Assembly: GCA_028278065.1 (NCBI GenBank)
Contig: JANQFA010000038.1
Span: 2,497 to 66,496, forward strand
Direction of reading: 5' to 3'
From: Myxococcota bacterium
Lineage (GTDB): Bacteria; Myxococcota_A; UBA9160; JAFDET01
Length of the DNA stretch: 64,000 nucleotides
Positions 27,072-34,637 of this stretch are shown in pieces. How positions within the stretch are numbered: position 1 is the first letter of the stretch; each line of letters begins with the position of its first letter. The notes under the pieces were generated by a model, which was not told where the DNA came from, ran no database searches, and was given only the letters and a program-made list of their open reading frames with translations. Made by a program: the position numbers and the translations under genes.

Positions 27072-28481
27072 TCATGCCGCCTCGACCAGCTCGGCGAACG
27101 AACGCTCCAGCATCTCGCAGAAGTCGTCGAGCTCCGCCATCGCCGTGCCGTCGGCGTCCAGTCCGATGAACAGCTGATCCCGGTACCCGTAGAGGGCGAC
27201 GCTGACGGGACAGTGGGGAACGATGGGAGCGATGGGGTACGCAGCCGTGATCTCGGCGCCGGCGATGAAGCGGGTCACCGGCACGCCCGGGATGTTGGTC
27301 ACGATGAGATCCATGGAGCTGCCGGACGCCAGGACGGCGGCGCGGTGGAGCCGGCGGGGAAGCAGGGCGAGCATGTGGGAGAAGTTGGCGAAGACCTCGA
27401 GCGCGGGGGCATCGGCGTGCTCCTCGAACATCTGGTGGATGAGGGCGAAGCGCTCGCGCGGATCGCGCACCGCGATGGGCAGGTGGAAGATGTGCGCCGT
27501 GAGCCGGTTGCCCACGTGGGTGTCCAGGCCCTGGTTGTCGCGGGGACGCAGATTGACCGGCACGGTCGTGAGCACGGTCTCGGCGTCCCCCCGGCCGCGG
27601 CTCCGGTGCCATTCGCCCATGGCGCCGGCCACTCCGGTCATCAGGAGCTCCACGGTCCGCCCGCCCAGGCGCTTCCGGGCGGCCCGCAGCGGCTCGAACG
27701 GGATCGCGAGTCCGCCCAGGCGCCGTGCGCGGCCGTAGCGGTCGAGGTGGGCCCGGCTCGAGTTGAAGAAGGTCTCCGACAGCTCCGCCCCTCCGCGAGC
27801 CAGGTCGAGCATTCGCGACGGATTCCGGACCAGATCCTGCATCGCCCGGCCCATGCTGCGCGCGCGCCCGAAGTCGTCGCTCATCCGGTCGCGGATGGCT
27901 CGCGCGACCAGGGCGGCGAAGCTCGGCTCGGGCCAGGTACCGGGGCTCTCTTCAGGGGGAGGCGGAGCCGGATCCCCGTCCCGTTCCGCATCGGTCAGTG
28001 CGCCCAGGACGGCGTTGGCTCCGACGCCGTCGGCGATGGAGTGGTGGAGGCGACAGAAGAGCGCCGAGCGCCCATCGGGCCGGTCGATCTCGATGAGCTC
28101 CCACAGCGGTCGTGCACGGTCGAAGGGGCGCTCGTAGATCGGGCCGATCGAGTGGAACAGCTCGCTCAGCTCGTTCTCCGCATCGACGCCGGCGTGGAGC
28201 GAGTAGCGCCGCAGGTGGAAGTCGAGATCGAAGGTGGGATCCCGCTCCCAGCGCGGGAGCGCCATGTCGAACGGCGCATCCACGACCCGCTGGTCCAGCC
28301 GCGGCACCGCCTGGACGGCCCGCCACGCGTTGGCGCGCAGACGCTCGGGATCCGGAGGCCGGTCCAGGAGCATCAGCATCGCCATCGTGTTGCGCTGGCG
28401 CGGCTGGTCGCTGTACCACCAGTTGAGGTCTTCGGGGGTCAGCGGCTCGCGAGCCGGCTCACGGGGGGGCTGCGCCATCAC
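27072..28481 (-). CDS. WS/DGAT-family acyltransferase (wax ester synthase / acyl-CoA:alcohol acyltransferase)
   Basis: 469 aa with the catalytic HHxxxDG motif (LHHSIADGVG) and the C-terminal NIPGVP block. Confidence 0.88.
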   Translation of the reverse strand: MMAQPPREPAREPLTPEDLNWWYSDQPRQRNTMAMLMLLDRPPDPERLRANAWRAVQAVPRLDQRVVDAPFDMALPRWERDPTFDLDFHLRRYSLHAGVDAENELSELFHSIGPIYERPFDRARPLWELIEIDRPDGRSALFCRLHHSIADGVGANAVLGALTDAERDGDPAPPPPEESPGTWPEPSFAALVARAIRDRMSDDFGRARSMGRAMQDLVRNPSRMLDLARGGAELSETFFNSSRAHLDRYGRARRLGGLAIPFEPLRAARKRLGGRTVELLMTGVAGAMGEWHRSRGRGDAETVLTTVPVNLRPRDNQGLDTHVGNRLTAHIFHLPIAVRDPRERFALIHQMFEEHADAPALEVFANFSHMLALLPRRLHRAAVLASGSSMDLIVTNIPGVPVTRFIAGAEITAAYPIAPIVPHCPVSVALYGYRDQLFIGLDADGTAMAELDDFCEMLERSFAELVEAA

Positions 28482-28545
28482 GCACCTCGGCCGAGAGCGG
28501 TCGACCCCGCAGCGCCGAGCCGGACGGCCGCCTCGGGGCGGGGCA

Positions 28546-29565
28546 TCATGCCAGCCACTGTGGCCACACGGGCATCACGCTGTACTCCGCCGTTCCCGTG
28601 CCCGTCTCGCCGGTCTCCTCCACCTCGAAGTCACAGAAGGCCTCGTAGCAGTCCATGCGGTTCTCGAGGTCGTTCTCGGCGCGCAGCCAGAGCTTGATCG
28701 TCCCGTGGTGCTTCGTGCTCTTCACGTGGATCACCTCACCGTCGGGCATGGTGAACTCGTAGCGGAAGGAGTTCGCCTCGCGCACCGAGGCGCTGCCGTC
28801 GTTGGGAGCGATCTCCCCCTTGGCGTTCAGCAGCGGCCGACTCCCGTCCTTGTCCGACACGAATCCGCCGACCGAACGCTCCTTGGGGTCCTTCTCGTTC
28901 TGGTAGTAGAGCGCGAAGACGTTGATGTGCTTGTCGGGGAGCTGGATCGAGGGCCAGAAGTGCGCCGCGAAGTGCGCCTCGTCGACCTTCCAGTTCTGGG
29001 GCACCGCGAAGCGGCTGGTCCAGGTGTGGTCGCGATGGCTCCAGCAGTTGATCTCGCGGGTTTCCCCCGCCGCCGGCCCGCCGCGGATCTCGAACTGGCC
29101 CGTGCAGTCCATGGCCTGCTCGTAGTGCCCTCCGTAGAACTCGTCGAAGAGCTTCATCGGGTCGCCGCTGGGCAGCGAGTTGTCGTAGTTGAAGGGGGCG
29201 AAGCGTCCCTTGAAGTCCAGGTCGAAGGCATACTTCTCCCAGTCCAGGGCGATGCGGATGTGCTCCCAGGGCTCCACGACCTCGTAGGTCATGCGCCCGT
29301 CGGTCCAGGGGCCGTTGTCGGGCTCGGGGCTCAGCGGGATCTTGTTGCCGTAGAGCTGGACGACTCCGTCGATCACGTAGAGGGCCTCGAAGCGGGCGTA
29401 CCCCTTGTTGGTGAGATGGAAGTGGTTCACGCCGTGGATTCCGGCCGCGGGGTCGACCACGCTCACCCAGAGCGTGTCCCCGAACAGCACCTTGTCGGAG
29501 CCTTCTCGTCCGCGGTGCCTGAACTCGTCCTCGTCCACCAGACCTTCCGGAGCCTTGAATGACAC
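28546..29565 (-). CDS. Conserved protein of unknown function, 339 aa (paralogue of 54584-55603)
   Basis: Strong coding signal and no TM or signal peptide. It is about 71% identical (242/339 in my gap-free hand count) to the second copy. Invariant blocks include IHGVNHFHLTNKG, FDLDFKGRFAPFNY, CWSHRDHTWTSRF and DCYEAFCDFEVEETGE. Confidence 0.8.
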   Translation of the reverse strand: MSFKAPEGLVDEDEFRHRGREGSDKVLFGDTLWVSVVDPAAGIHGVNHFHLTNKGYARFEALYVIDGVVQLYGNKIPLSPEPDNGPWTDGRMTYEVVEPWEHIRIALDWEKYAFDLDFKGRFAPFNYDNSLPSGDPMKLFDEFYGGHYEQAMDCTGQFEIRGGPAAGETREINCWSHRDHTWTSRFAVPQNWKVDEAHFAAHFWPSIQLPDKHINVFALYYQNEKDPKERSVGGFVSDKDGSRPLLNAKGEIAPNDGSASVREANSFRYEFTMPDGEVIHVKSTKHHGTIKLWLRAENDLENRMDCYEAFCDFEVEETGETGTGTAEYSVMPVWPQWLA

Positions 29566-29638
29566 GTGCCCTCTCCCTTCCTTCTGACTGCTTCGACTCG
29601 TCGGCCGGCCCGCAACCTGCGCCGACCGGAGAGCTCAC

Positions 29639-30322
29639 TCAGCTCCCGTGGGACTCCCGCTCGAGGAGCTGCAGACTGGCAGCGGCTTCCTGGTGCTCGC
29701 GCACCAGCGCCTCGAGATCCTTGGCGGCCTTTCCGCGGGCGAGACCCAACAACGTCACCGCGGCCCCGTAGAGCATGGTCGGCCGCAGTGCCTCGTCGCT
29801 GATCTGGTGGAGCGCCCAGGCGAAGGTCATCACGTTGATCTGCGCGGCGAGCCGCTCGGCCAGGGGCCGCGCGTGCGCCCACTGGGCGAGCTGACGGTCT
29901 GCCCGCATCTCCTCGAGGGCACGGGTCAGCTCGCGCGCGAGCCCGCCCGCCACCACGTCGGCGAGCCCGGCGGTCGTGTCCGAGGTATCGCGCATGAAGC
30001 TCACGAGCGAGCGCGAGTAGGCGGCGTGGCGTGGAGTCTCCCGGCTCAGGGTCTCGATCAGCGAGATCACCCGCGAGAGACCGCTCTCCGAGCCGACGAC
30101 GCCGACCATGCCGACCAGCTCGGTGAAGTAGGATTCGACCGCCGTCGAGAGCAGCTCGGTCTTGCTGCCGAAGAGCGCGTACAGGGTCGGAACCGACACG
30201 AGTCCACGCTCGGCGAGATCGCGCATGGTGACCGCGTCGTAGCCCCGCTCCGCGATGAGGTCGCGCGCGGCTTCCAGGATGCGCCGCCGCCGCTCCTCTC
30301 TCTGCCGAACCACCAGACCCAC
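29639..30322 (-). CDS. TetR/AcrR-family transcriptional regulator
   Basis: The HTH region is RRRRILEAARDLIAERGYDAVTMRDLAERGLVSVPTLYALFGSKTELL. The start is placed at GTG 30320-30322 (alternative GTG 30313), and the longer 325-aa track ORF is rejected. About 227 aa. Confidence 0.8.
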   Translation of the reverse strand: MGLVVRQREERRRRILEAARDLIAERGYDAVTMRDLAERGLVSVPTLYALFGSKTELLSTAVESYFTELVGMVGVVGSESGLSRVISLIETLSRETPRHAAYSRSLVSFMRDTSDTTAGLADVVAGGLARELTRALEEMRADRQLAQWAHARPLAERLAAQINVMTFAWALHQISDEALRPTMLYGAAVTLLGLARGKAAKDLEALVREHQEAAASLQLLERESHGS

Positions 30323-30423
30323 TGCGTCCCCGCTGCACCGCTCATGGGCGGCGCTCTCGTCCCGGACCCGCGGTACCGTGGCCCCCTCCGGGCTGTGGCA
30401 TGGGGCCCCGATTCCGCTCGATA

Positions 30424-30453
30424 TTAACGCATTCAAATGCCTGAACGTGTTAA
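30424..30453. promoter_or_regulatory. Candidate TetR operator (imperfect palindrome) in a divergent promoter region
   Basis: TTAACGCATTCA-AATGCC-TGAACGTGTTAA has 12-nt arms matching 10/12. It sits in an unusually A/T-rich patch of the 244-nt gap between the TetR gene (-) and the SDR gene (+). Confidence 0.45.
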
Positions 30454-30566
30454 GATACGGAATCGGATGGCCTTCCGCCGCCGGGCGTGCGGAGGCCTCC
30501 CATCCCCTGATTTTTTTGAGCGATTCCGGTGCGTTGTACTCGGGTCGCAGAAGAGGAGCAGTCGAG

Positions 30567-31334
30567 ATGAAGGGTCCCCTGGAAGGCCGGACGGCGATCG
30601 TAACGGGTGGAGGCACCGGCCTGGGCCTCGGCTACGCCCGGGCCCTGGCAGGCGCGGGCGCGGCCACCGCCGTGACCGGGCGCAGGCAGGAGCCGCTGGA
30701 CGAGTGCGTCGCGGCGATCGAGCAGAGCGGCGGAAAGGCCCTGGCCGTGACCTGCGACCAGCGCTCGCGCGAGCAGGTGGACGCGGCCGTGGAGCAGGTC
30801 GTGAGCTGGGGCGAAAAGGTCGACATCCTCGTCAACAACGCCGGCATCTATCCCCCGGGGCTCTTCCTCAACGTGGAAGAGGAGCAGTGGCTGGACGTGA
30901 TGGACACCAACATCAACGGCCCCTTCCGCTTCTCCCAGGCGTGTGCGCGGGTCATGGCCCAGCACGGCTGGGGCCGCATCATCAACATCCTCTCGCCCTC
31001 CGCCGTCCTGGGATTCGCGATGGTGAGCGCCTACGGCACTTCGAAGGGCGCTCTCGGATCCATGACGCGGGTCATGGCGGCCGAGCTCGGTCCCATGGGC
31101 ATCACCGTCAACGCGCTCACCCCGGGTGTCTCGGCGACCGAGACCTTCGTCGGCCTGTACACGACGGTGGGCGTCGACATGATGTCCAAGGGCCTGCCGC
31201 TGCAGCGCGCCTGCGAGAACGACGACATGACGGGCGCACTGCTGATGCTGGCCTCGGACGCGGGCGGATACATCACCGGAGCCAACATCTGCATCGATGG
31301 CGGCATGACCAGCACGTTCTCGCTCGGCAGCTGA
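30567..31334 (+). CDS. Short-chain dehydrogenase/reductase (SDR)
   Basis: ATG 30567 is preceded by AAGAGGAG; 255 aa. Contains TGGGTGLGLG, NNAG and YGTSK. Confidence 0.88.
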   Translation: MKGPLEGRTAIVTGGGTGLGLGYARALAGAGAATAVTGRRQEPLDECVAAIEQSGGKALAVTCDQRSREQVDAAVEQVVSWGEKVDILVNNAGIYPPGLFLNVEEEQWLDVMDTNINGPFRFSQACARVMAQHGWGRIINILSPSAVLGFAMVSAYGTSKGALGSMTRVMAAELGPMGITVNALTPGVSATETFVGLYTTVGVDMMSKGLPLQRACENDDMTGALLMLASDAGGYITGANICIDGGMTSTFSLGS

Positions 31335-31366
31335 CGCCTGAAGCGCACCGGGAATCGGAGAAGCAC

Positions 31367-32140
31367 ATGGCACGCCTGGAAGGAAAGGTCGCCCTGGTCA
31401 CGGGTGCGGCGTCGGGCATCGGCGCGGCGACCGCCGCGAGGTTCGCAGCCGAGGGCGCGTCGATCGCCGGCCTCGATGTCGCCAAGCCCGCGGACGCCAT
31501 CTGGGACGAGGTCGACGGCAGCGCACCGGACGCGATGTTCCACGAGGCCGACGTCCGCGACGAAGACGCCGTGAAGGCCGCCGTCGGGGCCGCCCTCGAG
31601 CGCTTCGGCCGCATCGACGCGCTCGTCAATGCAGCCGGCGTCGTCGGCTTCGGCTCCGCGCACGTACTCGAGGTGGAGGAGTTCGACCGCGTCGTGGACA
31701 TCAACCTGAAGGGCTCCTTTCTCGTCTCGAAGCACGTGATCCCGACGATGCTCGAGCAGGGGTCCGGCAGCATCATCCACCTGGCCAGCGTCGAGGGGCT
31801 GGTCGGGATCAGCGGCCAGCTCGCCTACAACGCCTCCAAGGGCGGAGTCGTGTTGATGACCAAGAACATGGCCCTCGACTACTCGCCCGCCGGCATCCGG
31901 GTCAACTGCATCTGCCCGGGTGGGGTCGAGACGCCCATGACCGACATGCTCAAGCTGGAAGCCCTGCGCCCCATCGGCGAGAAGCTGCGCAGCGCCCACC
32001 TGCTGGGACGCTTCGCCAAGCCCTCGGAGATCGCGGCAGCCGCCCTCTTCCTGGCGTCGGACGACGCCTCCTTCGTGACGGGAAGCTCGCTGGTCGTGGA
32101 CGGAGGCTATACGGCGGGTCACCGCATGAGCCTGGACTGA
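31367..32140 (+). CDS. Short-chain dehydrogenase/reductase (SDR)
   Basis: 257 aa with TGAASGIGAA, NAAG, YNASK and a C-terminal VVDGGYTA. Confidence 0.9.
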   Translation: MARLEGKVALVTGAASGIGAATAARFAAEGASIAGLDVAKPADAIWDEVDGSAPDAMFHEADVRDEDAVKAAVGAALERFGRIDALVNAAGVVGFGSAHVLEVEEFDRVVDINLKGSFLVSKHVIPTMLEQGSGSIIHLASVEGLVGISGQLAYNASKGGVVLMTKNMALDYSPAGIRVNCICPGGVETPMTDMLKLEALRPIGEKLRSAHLLGRFAKPSEIAAAALFLASDDASFVTGSSLVVDGGYTAGHRMSLD

Positions 32141-32147
32141 GCGGGCG

Positions 32148-32876
32148 GTGGCTCAGCTCGAGGGCAAGATCGCCGTCGTCACGGGAGCCGGCTCCGGCAT
32201 CGGCCTGGCCATCGCGGAGCGGTTCGGCGCAGAGGGCGCCGAGGTGGTCCTGGTCGGACGCCAGAAGGGACGCCTCGACCAGGCCGCGGACCGCATCGGC
32301 GGCGGTGCTCGCGGCGTATCGGTGGACGTGGGCGAGGAGGAGCAGGTTCGCCGCCTCTTCGAGGACCTGCCCCGGGTCGACATCCTCTGCACCTGCGCGG
32401 GCAAGGCGGTCTTCGGCACGGTCGACGAGACGCCTCCCAGTGCCTGGAAGGACCTCTTCCACGCCCGCTTCTTCGGCCAGCTCTCCGCCGTCCACTACGC
32501 CGTTCCGCGGATGCCGGAGGGCTCGGTGATCCTGCTCTGCTCGGGCATCGCGGACAAGGCCTACGTGCCCAACTACGCGGGGGGTGCCGCCATCGCCGGC
32601 GCCATCAACGCCATGGCGAAGAGCCTCGCCGTGGAGCTCGCGCCGCGCAGCATCCGGGTGAACGCCCTCTCTCCCGGCTTCATCATCGGCACCGACATCA
32701 AGTTCAACCTGGAAGGCGAGGAGGCGGTCGAGTTCGTGAAGCGCTCGATCGCCGACACGCCCCTCCCCTACCACGGACACCCCGAGGACCTCGCCGACGC
32801 GGCGCTGTTCCTCGCGACCTGCAACTTCGTCACGGGCCAGGTCGTGGAGATCGACGGCGGCTGGACCGCTACCTGA
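32148..32876 (+). CDS. SDR-fold protein with a degenerate catalytic motif
   Basis: 242 aa with a GTG start. The cofactor motif TGAGSGIGLA is normal, but the YxxxK segment reads NYAGGAAIAGAINAMAKSL, with no Lys four residues after any Tyr. Confidence 0.85.
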   Translation: MAQLEGKIAVVTGAGSGIGLAIAERFGAEGAEVVLVGRQKGRLDQAADRIGGGARGVSVDVGEEEQVRRLFEDLPRVDILCTCAGKAVFGTVDETPPSAWKDLFHARFFGQLSAVHYAVPRMPEGSVILLCSGIADKAYVPNYAGGAAIAGAINAMAKSLAVELAPRSIRVNALSPGFIIGTDIKFNLEGEEAVEFVKRSIADTPLPYHGHPEDLADAALFLATCNFVTGQVVEIDGGWTAT

Positions 32877-32978
32877 GGACGCCGCGCCGGGCGGCTCGTG
32901 GAACGGCGCAGTCCGGTCGCGACTCCGACGTCGAAGTCGAGGGATGGGCCACCGCCCGACATCTCCCGGACGGACTCG

Positions 32979-34610
32979 TCAGGATCGGCGAACGATGGAC
33001 TCCCCGCTCGCCTTCATCCCGTCGAGCAGCCAGTCCCTCATCACGACCTTCTGCACCTTGCCGCTCCCCGTCATGGGCACGTCGTCCTGCTCCAGGATCA
33101 AGATGCCCTCGGGACGCTTGTAGCCGGAGAGGCTCGCCTTGCAGTACGCGAGAATCGCCTCCTCCTCGAGCTCCGCACCCGGGTCCGCCACCAGGGCCGC
33201 TCCGACCACCTCGCCCCGATCCTCCGAAGGGAGGGGAAAGGCGTGCGCCGCGGCCACGCCCGGCATCGCCGCCAGCTTGCTCTCGATGTCGGCGGGAGCC
33301 ACGTTGATGCCGCCCGTCTTGATCGTGTCCTTGATGCGCCGGCTGAAGACGAGCCGCCCCTCCTCGTCGAGGTGGCCGAGGTCCCCGGTGCGGAAGAAGC
33401 CCTCCTCGTCGAAGACCGTATCCGGGTCGACCTTGTAGTACCCGCGCATCACGGTCGGCCCCTTGACCCGGATCTCACCCGGCTGACCGGGCTTCACGCG
33501 CTCGCCGCTGTCGACGTCGAAGATCGCGATCTCGTTTCCGGGCATGAGCCCGCCGCAGGTCGTCAGCCGCACAGGCAGAGGGTCGTCCGCGCGCGTACAC
33601 GCGAAGGCCGTGCACGTCTCGGTCATGCCGTACATGTTGACGCCCCCGAAGCCGTCTTCGGGCGGGCCGCCTTGCAGGGCGTCGTAGGGACCGGTGCCCT
33701 TGTGAAGCAGGGAGTGGTCCCGCTGGCTCCAGTCCGGGTGCGCGGTCAGCTCCTTCAGCGTGTGGGGCCAGAGGTGCCAGGTGGTGGCCCGTTCCCGCTC
33801 GATCAGCTCGATCGCGACCTCCGGATCGAAGAAGGGCTGCAGGATCAGCGCGGCGCCGTGGGAGAGCGTTCCGAGCAGGACGTTGATGCAACCCGCCGAG
33901 AAGAAGAGCGGGTAGTAGAACCAGACGACGTCGTTCTCGTCCAGGCACTGGTACTCGCCGATCCGCCGGCCGTTGATCGCGATGGCGCCGTGTACCTGGA
34001 CGACACCCTTGGGACGCGCGGTGGTGCCGGAGGTATAGAGCAGGTAGCACTCGTCCTCCGCGTCGACCTCGGTCCGCAGTCCATCGACGATCGGCTGGGG
34101 AACGTCCTCGCTCCCCGCCTCGAAGGCGGTCCAGGACCCGAAGCCCTCCGGCAGGTCCTCCTCACCGAGCACGACGACGCTCCGCAGGGCCGGCAGCTCC
34201 TCGCACCAGCCCTGCGCGGCCGCTACTTCGGGCGCCAGCGCCCGCAGCATGGCCAGGTAGTCGTTCCCCAGGAAGCGTGCAGAAAGGAACAAGTGCTGCA
34301 CGTCTGCGTGTCTCAGCTGGAAGGCCAGGTCGTCGCGCTTCGAAAAGGTGCTGATGGGGATCAGCAATGCGCCCAGACCCGTCACGGCGAAGGCGGACGC
34401 CACCCAGTCCGGCGTATTCTCCATCAGGAGGCCGACCCGGCTCCCCTTGCCGATGCCATGGGCGACCAGGGCCCGGGAGAGCTCGTCCACCCGTCGGGCC
34501 AGGTCCTCGTAGGTCCAGCGCTCGTCCTGGGTGATGAGAGCCGTTCTCGAGGCGTGGATCCCCACGACCTGGTCCAGCAGCTGGGGAAGCGTTCGAGCCT
34601 CTGCCATCAC
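32979..34610 (-). CDS. Acyl-CoA synthetase / AMP-dependent ligase
   Basis: 543 aa. The AMP-binding motif is LLYTSGTTARPKGV and the C-terminus carries SGKVQK. It is the last gene of the ten-gene minus-strand operon. Confidence 0.9.
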   Translation of the reverse strand: MMAEARTLPQLLDQVVGIHASRTALITQDERWTYEDLARRVDELSRALVAHGIGKGSRVGLLMENTPDWVASAFAVTGLGALLIPISTFSKRDDLAFQLRHADVQHLFLSARFLGNDYLAMLRALAPEVAAAQGWCEELPALRSVVVLGEEDLPEGFGSWTAFEAGSEDVPQPIVDGLRTEVDAEDECYLLYTSGTTARPKGVVQVHGAIAINGRRIGEYQCLDENDVVWFYYPLFFSAGCINVLLGTLSHGAALILQPFFDPEVAIELIERERATTWHLWPHTLKELTAHPDWSQRDHSLLHKGTGPYDALQGGPPEDGFGGVNMYGMTETCTAFACTRADDPLPVRLTTCGGLMPGNEIAIFDVDSGERVKPGQPGEIRVKGPTVMRGYYKVDPDTVFDEEGFFRTGDLGHLDEEGRLVFSRRIKDTIKTGGINVAPADIESKLAAMPGVAAAHAFPLPSEDRGEVVGAALVADPGAELEEEAILAYCKASLSGYKRPEGILILEQDDVPMTGSGKVQKVVMRDWLLDGMKASGESIVRRS

Positions 34611-34637
34611 CTTCTTCCGATCGGCCGGCCGGGCGCC

